Positions 29,521 through 45,065 of a stretch of 64,000 bases of DNA are shown in pieces (within the stretch, counting starts at the first letter, position 1; each line of letters begins with the position of its first letter). Location of the stretch: the NCBI RefSeq assembly GCF_009914755.1, contig NC_060932.1; one strand, given 5' to 3'. The notes beneath the pieces were generated by a model. The model ran no database searches, had not been told where the DNA came from, and worked only from the letters and a program-made list of their open reading frames with translations. A program made the position numbers and the translations under genes. Source of the DNA: the human T2T-CHM13v2.0 reference genome, Homo sapiens.

Positions 29521-32500
29521 GGGGAGATGCTGAGGAACATTATCTCTAACCCAAGACGGTAAAGGACTATTTGTTTCAAAGGCAGATTTCCCATGAATAC
29601 AGCTAAGGTGAAACACTCCTGGGTCTTTGAGAACAATTTGATCTTTTCAGATGAGGTACAATAACTTAGAAGGGCTAATAGGAAAAGAGATATAAATGAC
29701 ATTGATAGACAAGGATAAAAGAATGGCATCACTCCAGAGGGACTAATTCTTCAGTATTTTGCACAAAACCTCCAGATCCACACATAAGGGGTATTCTAAT
29801 TGTGTAAGACTGAGAGATTCTTAACTGTAAGAGAAGAAAATGTGCATCTCCTCTGATAACGTGCAATACAGAACACACACAGGTAACATTTTTCACTTTC
29901 TGCTTGCTTTTGGAGAAATAAAATAACCTGAGCACAACTCACGGCCAAACTTTTAAGTCGAGCTTTGCAGAGGTGGTACAATTATTCAGAATCTGATGAG
30001 TTTCAGAATAAACTCCTAACTCCAGTACTCTCAAAACCTTTTCTTTCACTTGATCTAAATTTCTACTTACTCATCCTCCCCTGTTTCACCATGTTCTCTA
30101 GAACACTTCTGATCACATCCCCTAGCCCCCTAGACTCCATGGTCAGATACTGGAACACTGCCCTCCCTGGCCACAGACCTTTGACCTTCTCCCAATACCT
30201 GCTATTCCAGTTCCAAGCCTGTATGCACCCCAGGACCTCCACAAGCACAATGGGGACTTGGTACCTTCCTGCAGCAGATCAAGGCACAGGGCTTGGGCAG
30301 CAAAGCTGAGGCTAAATTCCAGCCCCTCACCGCCTTGGACACAGAACTATACACAATGCTCCTGACTCTGCCTCTCCCTCTCCTGGGCCTCAAAACCTCC
30401 CAGGACAAAGACCCAGAAAGACGATGTTCAACATGAACTGGCCTCAGCAACCCATTTACATCCCCCCATGCAGCCCCTCAATAACACCTTATGCCCTCTC
30501 AACGCCTGCGGTTGCTGATATTGCAGTCTAACCCAGGATCCCACATTCACCCTTGCTCCCTCAAAGGCCCCTAGTGCTGCAGCTACAACAGGACTGAAGC
30601 TGCTTGCTGGGCAGCGCCCTCAACTCTGCACAACTGCCCTCACCACCTTCTCTGTCTCCATCCCCTCTGCCTTTGTCCTGCCCTCAAAAGAAACACTTTA
30701 AACTCACTGGGCACTCCACTGGCCTGCTGCATGCTCAGGCCACACCACCAAGTCCTAAAGTACAATATGGGATGCTTTGGGAAAATGAGGACAGAGGGAA
30801 TGCAAGACAACAGAGGGCTGGCCAGAGAGAAAGCCGGTGTCCAGGGCCACCCCACACCAGGCAAGTCCTTGTTTCATATCATCTCCAATGGCCACCGCAA
30901 GAGAGCCTAATGTGGTCACAAATAATGTGGCCCTCTGCTGCACCCCTCTAAACCCATAGCCAGCAACAGAGAAACAAGATAAAGAAAGCACAGTACTTTT
31001 TGTTTTTCTATCCATGAAGGAAAAAACACTCTCTTAGTCAAATAAGACTCAACAAGCTAATACTCTGGTTCGCCACTCAGTTTATTTCTTCCATGAATAC
31101 TTATTAAGTGGCCATTGTGTACCAGTCCCTGCGCCCAGCATGGCTGCTTGGATTACATGGAATAACAGGCGAAGGTATTTGGTAACCTGAAAAGGTACCT
31201 ACATTCATCAATTATTCCTATCCTCTCCTCTACCCAACTACACTAGGAATTCCTATGGGCAGCAATTATATCTTTTGCCTGGCACAGAGCAAGTCCTCTG
31301 GGAGTATCTGCTGAATGACCTCAGCAGTGTATACCCACGGCTGAGACACTCCTCATCTCCATTCCATGGGCCACCAGCTCTGCCTCACGCCTGGGCCACC
31401 AAAGCAGCCTACAAGTACATCTCCTCAGATCACGTGACTTTTATCTCCTCTTCAAAGATGAACCTATGCCTTCTTTTTGTATCAGAGAACAACTGCATGG
31501 AATAAACTTAGGCCACTGAGTTAAATGCACTCTCTCTCTCTCTCACTCACAAACATACACACACACGAACCACTAGAATATAGAAAGTGAACTGATAGGT
31601 CCATTTAAAATATACCACACCCCCTAGCAAACCTTCTTTCAAAGGGCCATGCTGGCCTCAGGATGTGGGAGGGGCCTTATCTTCCTCCTTTGTCTCACAA
31701 CAGAAAACAAAGGAAAGAAAAAAATCCCACATAAACAGGCCACTGTTGTTTACGTTGCAGCCACGTCTTCGAAGGTTCAATTACACCTGCTTTGACATAT
31801 GTAAGATCTAGCATGTGAGCAGTGGCTCATTCTCAGTTTCTTCCTCCCTGATTTGAATTGCTTATTTTACATGTCTGTCAGAAGACTTGAACAACTCAAG
31901 TTTTCTGGCCAATAAAATGTAACAACCAAAATAGTCATAAAACAAGATTCTTACAGCTACGTGTAATACAACTAATCTCCTGATTTTTTATAATCACACT
32001 CTACAATATGTGTATTGTGCAAGAAAAGTGAACATACTTTGTTGAAATTAATCTCATTATAGTACTGCCTTTTTCTATCTAGGCGTTTAAATTTTATTTT
32101 AAATCTATTCCCTCTTCCATCCCCGTTACCCAAAATAACTTTATCAATAAAATATTAGCATATTTAAGTGAGTGCTCAATAAACATTTGTTGAATAAATG
32201 AATAAATGAGCGAGTAATTATAAAATACTGGACTAACGCTTCCTGAGAAGTTCGCATTAATTTGTAGAATAATGTGCTTGTATGTTCAGGTACATACATC
32301 AAAATGGAATTTAATAATAGGTATCAAGTAGCAGTTAAATATTAACGCATTTCTGCCTCAATAATTTTACTTCAAAATATTATACAATTCAAACGACCAT
32401 AATTATGAGGTGAGATAGGGTTCATTTACAATCAAACCAATAGTATTTATATACTTTAAAATAAGATTTGAAATACTAATATGGAAATAGTTAATAACCT

Positions 32501-34611
32501 AAATGTCAATGTGTTTGTAGTACAAAAGGTCTAAAAATAAAGAAGCATGCATTATGTTACAACTAAATGTCTTTTTAAAAAAATGTAATCAACGCAACTT
32601 CTTAATCACACTTTTTTTTAAAAAAAGCTTGCACAAAGACGTGTCTATTATACCCGTTTTACAAGGAACATCTTTATGGGAGATTTTCTTTCATTTTAAG
32701 CTATGTAATGTGTAGGCCAGAGAGAATTTCTATTGGTAAGAAACTTCAGTGACTATAATAGCTAGTATTTATCAAATTTTAAGTTTAATATACACTGTAA
32801 AATGTAGTTTTACCAGTATCGAAAAATTTAATATTTCTTAAGGTATATTCTGACATATTTGTTTTTTAATTCACCTACTTTTGATCATACTGCTGGAAAA
32901 TAATTGGACATGAAATAGTTTGGATATAAGTTTGTTCTGAGTTCGCTGCAAAGAAGTTAAGAAATCAGCTAGCAAAAATTATTTTAACTTCAAGAAAAAA
33001 TGGACTTAAAAATTAAATAAGTTATATATTTAGCAAACCTAAATGGCAAGAAGTTATGTTAAATGTTTAAGAAGTAAATGGAAGTAAATATAAATCGGCA
33101 ATAAGACGGTCAGTATTAAAATGAAGCTCAATTTAAACTTGTTTGCTGAACTTTCTTTTTGTTTCATATATTGTTGTTTTTTAGTATAAGCATGAATGAT
33201 CCTGTAATCAATTCAAAAAGGAAGACTGCAGTCAGGCAAACATTTCCTTCCGAGTGCCTATCAGCATGTCTTTCATGTCTTGGCGTCCATTTTAGGAGTA
33301 TCAGCGACGTAGTGTATAAAGGAGCTTATTAAACAAAGGTTGTCATTTTGGCAACACACATAAATGTTAAGTGATTTCATTTTACAGAAAATCAAAATGT
33401 TGATTAATTAAAAAGTTGAAGAACATACTTAAGCTTAACTGTTCAAACACCTCTGTTAGATTTCATATATTTTTCAATCATATTTATATATTAAATGCCA
33501 TTTTCAGGATTGCTGATGTGTCACTATAATTTTATAAAAAACATGTGAAACAATTAATCATTTAAGGCGCGCAATAATGGAAAGCTATAGACAGGTTTTT
33601 ATTGTCGAAGGATTAAGAAATCAATGATTACATACTCCAAACAAAAGCACAGATCCAGGGGCAGTCTTTTATACTGCCCAAAATGATGAGTACTTATGTG
33701 AATAGATACAATTTTCCTGTATTCTTTCGGCATATAAAATAAAAAGAAAATACATGATTATAGGAAGTCATAACTTAATCCTACAAGTCAAACTGTCTTT
33801 AAAAACAGAATACTTACAATCAGGGTGATCCACAGTAACACATGCCTTACAGTTAACCTCTCCTACAATAATGCTGATTTTTAAGAACAGAACTATCACA
33901 ATCCAATCATAATCAGGCCTAATAGGAAAGATTCATTGTTCAGAAATTAGATATAAAGTATATATCTAAGTAAAACACCAGGTAGTATTAAAAAGAAAAT
34001 CGGTAAACTTTCTAAATTTTCCTTCTACTTAAAACATTTTGAGAGAGCCAGGCTACAGTAATCGTTTAATTATAAAATCTAATCAACCAAAAATAAGAAA
34101 TTTTTCTCCAAGTATTGCAAACACAGCTCACCACTTCTTCTCCAAAAGATTTAAATTTCTATTCTCTACCATTCCCAGCCATTTCTGCCAACATCATAAA
34201 AATCACCTTTCATCATTTCCTTCTCACAATGAGAATTCACTAATCGCATACATCTCTTAGACATAGACACCTCCCCACCCACCTCCCAAAAATGGTTCAG
34301 AGCAAAGACACACAAAAAAATAATGACCAAGCTCACATTTCTTGTTTGCCCTTCAAGCGAAGTCTGGTGTCTTCAGCTTGCCTTTCTGGTCTTCAGTGTT
34401 GTCACTAATTGCTGGGGGATGTAGTTTAGGACAGCATGAAGCAGCAGAAATAAAAGCTGTTGCTTTAAGAAAACGTTTTCTTAAACACATGGATAAAACA
34501 ACTTTTACTCTGACTTCCTGGCTGGGCTGCATAAAATCTTAGAAAGGCTCCTTGAAAAGTTAATGTCTATAAATGTCTAAAAATAAAATAAAATAAAATC
34601 TAAAAACTTAC

Positions 34612-35300
34612 GTTCTGAACACATTCCGAAGGATGTCTTTCTGATTTGATTTGAAAGCAGGTTTGTATTGATGAACAAACTTTATTTTGTAGAAAATTAA
34701 TATTCCCTCTAATTAGAAATTTGCCTTGCCATCTTCTATATTAATCCTGTCTCTCATGGTATAATCATACATGCAAAAAATCAAATATAGTATTTCCCAA
34801 ATGCATGGACACTATGGAAGCTTCGTTTTGAAAAAGGCTTTTATTTCCCTTAATACTGGTGACTAAACGTCATTGTATGTACCAACACTTTCAAATAGCC
34901 CAAGAGACTTAAAAAGCCTTCTAAGTTTGAAAACCAAAAAGTTCTGAGTTTTTCTGTACCCCAGGACGGTTTTCTTTCCTGAAGCTCAAGCCGAGAAAGC
35001 AGACAAAAGAAGCTGATTTGACTGAGCTGTGCCAAGTCTTGCCTTTTTTTCTTTCCTCAGCTCTCCCTCTGCCTCTCTCTCTCCCTCTTTCTCTCTCTCA
35101 CTCTTTTGCTCCCAGTATGGCAACCTTCCGAGCAGTCTTGGCGGAGGTCCAGGCTGTGCCAGTCTGTCTGAATTCTTGTCTCCAAAAGATGTCCTTTGCG
35201 GATCAATTAATACATTTGAAAACAGGAAACCGTGGTACGGTACCCAAATCCTGGCACCAACAGCATCGACTTCTGCCAAATCACCTTACAGATTTCATGG
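34612..35300 (-). promoter_or_regulatory. Putative alternative promoter / first non-coding exon of a minus-strand gene
   Basis: Donor AAC|GTAAGT at 34612/34611; no convincing acceptor found upstream; GA-rich tract at 35045-35110; locally retained CpGs; sits within a repeat-poor island of about 4.5 kb. TSS unknown. Confidence 0.5.
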
Positions 35301-36584
35301 TATCCTACCTTTCATAATTATTACTAACATGTTCCCGGAGCAATAATGGAGTACTAGAAGCCATTCACTGCTCAGCAATAAGGAATCTGTTCCCTAGAAA
35401 TGTCCATATGCGACATATGCACAACCTGCAATAAATCAAATTTCTCCTGTGAGAAGAGATGTATGTAACTTTAATAAGCACCACATACTGTATTTCTTTT
35501 TATAAGACTTGCTTTTCCTTGTCCTGCCGCAAAGACTCATGGGAGAATAGAAACGGAGGCATGCAGATTAAAATTAAAACCGTATGCCCAGAAATGTCAT
35601 GCTTTATCCTATGGAGAATGAATATAGTTTTGATTGATCTGCAACTTTATTTTTAAGGAGGCTCTAATACAAACTGTACCTATTCAAAATTTTACTACAG
35701 ATGTACAGGGGAGAAGAGTTCTTTTGATAAAACAAATAACAATAAAAAGGAAAATAAAACATCTAAGGTCAATTTAATAACAGCAAGTATCTTTTCATAT
35801 TTTGACACCTCAAGTTCCAGCATAGTCACTTGTTTACTTAATTCATGTTAATACAATATAATAAGCATAAATAAGTACTGTTTGCTTTTATTTTTAACAT
35901 AAACACCTTTTGAAGCAAAATAGCCAGTCTGTGCTTCACACACTTACCTGGTTTAAGAAATCATTTTTACCTATGATGCTTGAACATAGAAAAGAGCCAC
36001 ATTCTAGAATCATCGTTTCATAGAAAGAACCCAGAAAAGTGACTTCTAGTCCTTGATTCTGCCACGTTCTAATTTAGATAACTCAAGGTCTCAAATTGCT
36101 AATCTATCTAATCTCCTCAGTTTGCTCATTTACCACTTATGAAAATCAGTGACTTCCTATTCTTTGCTTCCAAACTACTACGTTTATGCACATAGATACC
36201 TTCATCCTAATTGCATAGTAATTAGTTAAGTTTGTGTGCTCTGCCAATCAAATGTGTCATCTTCACAATTAGGATCATGTGTCATTTATCTAAGAAAACT
36301 CAAAGTCTTGCATACAGCCTTCCATATACAGCTGTCCAACAAATCTATTAAGTAAATAAGTTATGGGAACGGATCACATAAATATCAATCTGAAATTCTA
36401 TTAAGTAATATAACAGTGAAAGACAAAACCACATATTACTGAACCATAAAGTTGATAGATCAATAAAATGCTACAGAGATATCACAAGTGTTGAATTAAA
36501 GCACTGACAAAAGTGTCCCATGCTGTCCCTTCAAATAGGGATGATGAAACGTGGGCAGACTAACAGTGAATTTGTAATTCAAAA

Positions 36585-38560
36585 CCAATAACCTGTTAAT
36601 AGCCAAAGACTAAAGAGAATCTTGAAAGCAGCATTGGAGAAGCGACTCATCACGTGCAAGGAATCCTCAGTAAGATTAACAGCCGATTTCTCATTGAAAA
36701 CCATGGAGACCAGAAAGCAGTGGGATAACATAGTCAAAGAGCTGAAAGGAAAATAACTGTCAACCAAGAATTCTATGTCAGCAAAACTATTCTTTGAAAA
36801 TGAAGGAGACATTAAGACATTCCAAATAAAAACAGAGTTCATTACTAGCAGACCTGCTCTACAAGAAATAAAGGAACTTTTCCACCAAGCTGAAATGAAA
36901 AGACACTAGACAGTAAATCAAATCAATGAAGAAATATAGGAGTAAGTATAAAGGTAACTGCAGAAGTGAATATTTTACAAATAGTATAAATGTATTTTAA
37001 AATAAATGTAACATAGTTTAATTTTTTAAATATCCTTAAGCATTTCTAAAATATTTAAAATGGGATAAATGTACTCTTTTTTCTATCTGATGTAAATGAC
37101 AAAAGCATAGAACTGTTGTTATAAACCTATGTTGAAAAGCACACAATCTATGAAGAGGTAACATGTGACAATAAGAGTAAAGAAGGAATAGAACAGAGCT
37201 ATATAGGAGCAAAGTTTTTGTATATTATTACATTGGTATTAATCTGAATTAGATTGTTATAAATTAAGATGTTAACTGTAATCCCCAGGGCAACCACTAA
37301 GCAAATAACTCAAAAACATAGAGGAAAATAAATGGCAAGGAAATTAAAATGTTACTTGAAAAAATATTTAACATAAAATAAGGTAGTAACAGAAGAACAA
37401 AAAAGACAAAGATACGTAGAATATAGCCCAATAGCATAAGTAAATCCTATCTCATCAGTAATTGCATTAAACTTAAATGAATTAAACACTCCAATTAAAA
37501 GACATAGATTGGCAGAACGGATTAAAATTTTAAAACAAAATTCAACTATATGCTGTCTACAAAAGACACACTTTATACTCAAAGACATAAAAAGGTTCAA
37601 AGTAAAACTATGTAAAATATATATACCATGCAAAAAGAAACCCCAAGAGAGCTAGAATGGTTATACTAACAAGCAAAACAGACTTTAAGAAAACGCTTGC
37701 TACTAAAGATAAAGAAGGACGTTTTATAATGCTAACAGGGTTAATTCATCAAGAAGAGACAACCAATATAAACATACATAAGAACAGAGCCCCAAAATAC
37801 ACAAAGCAAAATCTAAAATAATTGAAGGGAAAAATGGGTAATTCAACAATGATAGTTGGAAACTTCAATACCTTTCATTCCACAACTGTGAGAACAACTA
37901 GACAAAAGATCAGCAAGGAAACAGAAAACTTGACCAACACTATAAATCAACTAGTACCAACAGACATCTACCAAACAATCTACCCAACAAGAGCAGAATT
38001 TTTTTTTTTTTTTGAGACAGAATCTCACTCCGTCACCAGGCACAATCTCACCTCACTGCAACCTCCACTTCCTGGATTCAAGCGATTCTCCTGCCTCAGC
38101 CTCCCAAGTAGCTGGGACTAAAGGCGTGCGCCACCATGCCCAGCTAACTTTTATATTTTTAGTAAAGATGGGGTTTCACACATGTTGGCCAGGATGGTCT
38201 CGATCTCTTGACCTCGTGATCTGCCCACCTCGGCCTCCCAAACTGCTGGGATTACAGGCGTGAGCCACCGTGCCTGGCCAGAATGTACATACTTAAGGAT
38301 ATATGGAACATCCTCCAGCAGGCAATATGTTAGGCTATAAAATGAACCTCAATAAATTTAAAATGATTAAGTCAAAGTGTGTTTTCCAACCACAATGGAA
38401 TAAAAGTAGAACTCAATACAGACCAAAAAAAGAAAGGAAAAATCACAAATATATGGAAATTAAATAACACTCCTAAATAATGAAGAAATAATAAAGACTA
38501 GAGTGGAAATAAATGAAATAAAGAACAGGAAAACAAACACAGAATATCAGCAAAGACACT
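36585..38560 (+). mobile_element. Old L1M ORF1 3' / ORF2 endonuclease region
   Basis: ORF remnant [42 protein letters not shown] matches the L1 EN domain; AATGAATTAAACACTCCAATTAAAAGACA. Confidence 0.88.
37999..38279 (-). mobile_element. AluSc-like with a small internal deletion
   Basis: Poly-T plus antisense Alu; CAGGATGGTCTCGATCTCTTGACCTCGTGATC; short TSD AGAAT. Confidence 0.95.
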
Positions 38561-38584
38561 GCAAGAGTACTACTACAGACCCTT

Positions 38585-39390
<806 letters not shown>

Positions 39391-39419
39391 TGTGAATAAT
39401 GAACATAAGTAAAAATTTA

Positions 39420-40135
39420 AAGCACTACAGACCAATATCGTTACGAATATAGATGAAAAAATTCTGAGCAAAATACTAGCAGACTGAACACAGCAAAATA
39501 TAAAAAGGATTATAAGCCATGACCAAGTGGGATTTATCCTAGGAAAAGAAGACCAGTCCAACATATAAAACTCAATCAATGTAAAATACCATATTAATAG
39601 AACCATGTTCAGAACCCACACGATCATCTCTACACAGAAAAGGATTTGACAAAAATGCACACATAAATGCCCACAGAATCATTGTTCATAATAATCCAAA
39701 ATGCAAACAATCCCCATGTTCAGCAGCTGATGAACTGATACAATGTTGTTGGGCTACACATTGGAATATTACTCAGCAATACAAAGGAAGGAAGCACTGA
39801 CGCATGCAATGGCATGGATGGGCCTTTGAAAAAAGTATGCTAAATGAAAAAGCCAGACACAGAAGTCCGCATATTGTATGATTCTATATATATGAAAGGT
39901 TCAGAAGAAGCAAATCCACAGACACAGAACATAGCTTATTGGTTGCTGGGACCTGGGCAGAGGGAAGAATTGGAAGTGACTGCCAATGACTATGGGGTTT
40001 CCTTTTGGAGTGAACCAAACATTTTCACGGTTTAATGGTGATGTCTGCACAACAAAGTGAATGTACGAAAAACCACTGGATTGTACATAATAAAATGACA
40101 AGTTTTATGGCATGTGAATTACATCAACTTTTTAA
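39420..40135 (+). mobile_element. L1M ORF2 and 3' end fragments
   Basis: CATGACCAAGTGGGATTTATCCTAGGAA; ATATTGTATGATTCTATATATATGAAA; AAAACCACTGGATTGTACA. Confidence 0.78.
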
Positions 40136-40627
40136 AAGTTGCAGTCCATCTCTCCAGTATTTACGGCTGTTACAACCCAAGATAAACTCACAAAAATCCT
40201 TTATAGCCTCTTAAACAGAGGCAATACTATACATTAACTAAACTCTTATCCACCTGAATCTGCTTCAGGAATCTGCCCAGCTAATTCTAGTGCCTTACTG
40301 TTTTGACTTCTTGGTTCCATCCCAGCCAACTCCAGCATTCCTGATTCCATCCAAACATCGCTCCCTTCTGCCAGCTCTGTTGGTTCTGGCTCTGAGAGCT
40401 TCTGCTCTCCTGGACTGCTAGGCCCTCCCAGAGGCACCCAGTCATTTTTGTCTTCCAACTCACACTGCCAGGCCCTAGGGAATTCAAAATTTTAACAGCC
40501 AGCCCCCGCTGCATTAAGTCTCTGCTTCCCAGGACTCATTTTGCTCTCCATGTGCACCATGAATCCCAGCAGGCACACACAGCCCTTTTCAATAGTAACC
40601 CAAGATCTGACTCATCCCCTTTCATGC

Positions 40628-41086
40628 TGCTGTGGTTTGGATGTGGTTTGCTTGTCCCCACCAAGTCTCATGTTGAAATTTGATACCCACTGTGATGGTG
40701 TTGGGAGGTGGTGCCTCGTGGAAGGTGTTCGGCTCCTGGGGGCATATCCCACATGAACGGATTGGTGCCATTCTCAAGGGATCAAGTGAGCTCTCACTCT
40801 CATGAAACGGGACTGTTTCTAAAGGAATAGATTCGTTCCCTGAGAGTGGGGTGTTATAAAGCCAGGACGCCCCTTGGGTTTGGTCCTTCTTCGCAGGTGC
40901 TCGCTTCTCCTTTGACCTTCTGCACCAAGTTTTGATGCAGCACAAAGGTCCTCACCGGAGGCCAGCAGATGCTAATGCCATATTTCTTATACAGCCTGCA
41001 GAACTGTGAAGGAAAAAGACCTCCTTTCTGTATAAATTATCCAGCCTCAAGTATTCCTTTATAGCAACACAAAATGACCTAAGACA
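40628..41086 (+). mobile_element. MSTB-type MaLR solo LTR
   Basis: TGCTGTGGTTTGGATGTGG...CTCATGTTGAAATTTG start; ATAAATTATCCAGCCTCAAGTATTCCTTTATAGCAACACAAAATGACCTAAGACA end. Confidence 0.9.
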
Positions 41087-41384
41087 AACACCTACCTCTC
41101 GTCTACCCGCTGTGGTTTCCCCTCCTAGCCATGTCCTTGGACAAGATGCTGCTTTCTATATCCACATCAGACACTGACCATGGGAATGTGCAATGGCAAA
41201 TTCACAAATATGAGGCATTTTCCCTCCAGTTTTTACTGTTTACCTGATTTACTGGTGGCCTCAAAACCTTTTGATTCAAGCTCAAAGAGGAGGTGAAAAT
41301 GAACACAAAAAGGGAAATACAAAAGGAGGCAATTGTTAGGTTTGTTCTTTTGTTCTTTTAAGGCTTTGTTCTTTTTAAAAAAAT

Positions 41385-42447
<1,063 letters not shown>

Positions 42448-42684
42448 GTAGTTGGTGGTTACAGATGGTAGCATGGGGAAGTCTTTCTACAGACTTAACA
42501 GAAGTCTCTTGAGAGTGGCAGAAGAAACAGGAAGTCAAAATGAACAGACTACCTCTATACCTGGGGTTTTTCAAACTTCCTTCCAAGGAGCCCTAAAGTC
42601 CCCCAGATGCTTCAGGGCTTTGACAAAGGACAAAGAAATGATAAGCAGGTGAGGTCCTAGATCACCCCTGCATTAACTGAAGTA

Positions 42685-42736
42685 TTTGCCATTAAAGGTA
42701 ATGGCAAAAACCGCAATTACTTTTGCACCTACCTAA
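42685..42736. mobile_element. Truncated MADE1 (Hsmar1-derived MITE)
   Basis: TTTGCCATTAAAGGTAATGGCAAAAACCGCAATTACTTTTGCACCTACCTAA: one full mariner TIR plus part of the other. Confidence 0.88.
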
Positions 42737-43716
42737 TTCTTCCATTTCTGTGATTTATATGTATGAGGTTTACCTGAGATTTTGCCAAAAAGTCTACTGC
42801 ATTTGGAGAACCCATGAAAATTAAAATAAATTTAAAATGTCTCTCTTAGAAAAAGTTTAAAATCCTTTACTTTAAGCCAATCTTAGAAAACACTCCCTAA
42901 TGAAATAACCTAACAAGAAACCTTGAGGGTATGGCACTCTCAGAATATTTACAATGTGAGCTAATATTGTCATCTGACATTGAACACTGAGACAGGCAAC
43001 CACTCTCCCAACCATATCAAGAACAGACCTACCTAGCCCACGGGACAGAAAATGGAAGACAAATGAGTTATGGACCATTTCCCTACTTTCTCTCCCTCTG
43101 GAAATTTAGATCCTTAGAGCTACAATCTGAAACTCCAAAGAGCACAGATCTGGTCTCCTTTCCCTGCTTTCCTTCAGTGTTAGACACATCCATTCACTCG
43201 AACAATTCTCTCCAGCACTCTCTGAACAACCACTACTTGCCAGGCATGAGCCAAGGGATATGGAGCCCCTGCCATCATGGAGCTCAGGACAGACAGAGAG
43301 ACATGCAAACAAATCATTATAAACACAAGCCATGCATGAGCTGTGGTAGAAGCACAGACATGCTCTCCCAGGGACACAGGAAGGAAACAACCTGTTCATG
43401 AGTCATCCACCAACATACTCATTTTATAGGTATTTGTTGTATTTATAGTATGCTGAAATTAGTAAGGCTCTGGGAAATATAGAGGCACATCAGAAAGGCT
43501 CCAACCCTCAAGATGTTTAAGGTCTAGTAGGAAGATAAGACACTTTGCAAACACAACCATGCTTTACACGTGACAATTCTTATTATTGAAACATCTCCCA
43601 AAATCATGTCTTCCATGTTGCCTCCCTGGTGTCATAGAAGATAAACTTCCTTTACACAAAGCTCCAGTGTGGAATTCTGAGAGCCCTCCTTCCTAAGGCC
43701 AACCCAAATTATATCC

Positions 43717-43860
43717 ATTCTCATTCTCATTCTCATTCTCCTCTCTCTCCCTCTCCCTCTCCCTCTCCCTCTCTCTCTCCCTCTCCCTCCCTCTCTTCTC
43801 TCCTCTGCCTGGCCCACCTCTCTTCGCCTCTCCTCTCCTTTCCCTCCCCTCCTTCCTTCT
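43717..43860 (+). repeat. (ATTCTC)n / (CTCCCT)n polypyrimidine tract
   Basis: Read directly. Confidence 0.9.
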
Positions 43861-44419
43861 CCACTAGTATATACATAGTCATTACTTGCATTCATTGATT
43901 TATTAAGTATTTACTGAGTACCTGCTATGTGTGAAATATGAGGTTAGAAGCCACAATGGACATAAAAATGAAATAAATGAAAAGTGAAATCACGTATTAA
44001 TAACAACCGCCACAATAAGAAACACTTTGCACTCTTTAACTCATTCACTCCTCACCTAAGCTTTGGAGGAAAATAGGTATTACTTTATGGATGAGGAAAC
44101 TGACATCCGAAACTATGTGACTTGTCCAGACCATCAGATTCATATATAGGGTAGAAAAATTTCAAGCAACCATCCCAGGTTTCATTATTTAATGAATTCA
44201 CAAAGCTGGAATTAACATAGGTGCCCTCATACATCCAACTTCCTACTTAACGGTGCTTCTTCAAAGGCTAACTGGCACCTCAAACTCAACTTGGCCAAAC
44301 CAGAATTCTTGACTTTTTCTCAAAAACCTTCATTCCTTTCTCAACCTCCATTAAATGGTAGCACCAGCATCCAACTGCTCAACCTGAAAACCCAAGAGTC
44401 ATCTTCAATTCATGCCTCA

Positions 44420-45065
44420 TCACCCACTAGAAAGGCTATTAGGATAAAGACAGACAATATCAAGTGTTGGCAAGTATGTACAGAAATGAATCCTCATACA
44501 TTGCTGCTGGGAATATAACATGATAAACAGTTTAGCAGTTTCTTAAAAAGTTACACTGATCATAGGAACCAGTTATTTCTACTCCAAAATCTATCCATGA
44601 GAAATGAAGACATGGGCTCACAAAAAGACCTGTACATTCATGGAAGAATTATTCATAATACCTCAAAACTGGAAACAATCTGAACACCCAGCAGCAAGGT
44701 CTATCTGCTGCCACTAAGGAATAAAATGAAACAATTACTAGTAAGTGCAACAACATGGAAGAACCACAGGAACACTATGCTAGGTGGAAAAGCCCATACA
44801 GAGAAGACTACATGTTGGATGATTCCTTTTCTATGAAATTTATCTTTAAAAAGATAACTATGGAGACAGAAAGCAGATCAATTGTTAGCTGGAGGCAGGT
44901 GAGCAGACTGACTGCAAAGAGGCAGGAGACAACTTTTGGGGGTGATGACAGTGTTCTAAAACTGGACAGCATTGATGGTTTCACAACTGTACAAACTTGT
45001 TAAAAAGCAAATTCCACTACTTTAGAAGAGGTGAATTTTGTGGTACATAAATGATACCTCAATAT
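44420..45065 (+). mobile_element. L1ME/MC-type 3' end
   Basis: CAGACAATATCAAGTGTTGGCAAG...AAAACTGGAAACAATCTGAA...GGTGAATTTTGTGGTACATAAATGATACCTCAAT. Confidence 0.8.

Noticed and set aside
34986-35279. 97-aa ORF with an E/R/K-rich stretch
   Set aside because: Composition is explained by the GA tract, the start is non-ATG, and it ends before the donor; at most a uORF.
35942-35985. Perfect minus-strand donor CAG|GTAAGT with a possible micro-exon
   Set aside because: The acceptor is ambiguous and isolated consensus donors are common, so it is not supportable alone.
42685-42736. miR-548-type hairpin
   Set aside because: The MADE1 is truncated, leaving only a short stem, too short for a pre-miRNA.
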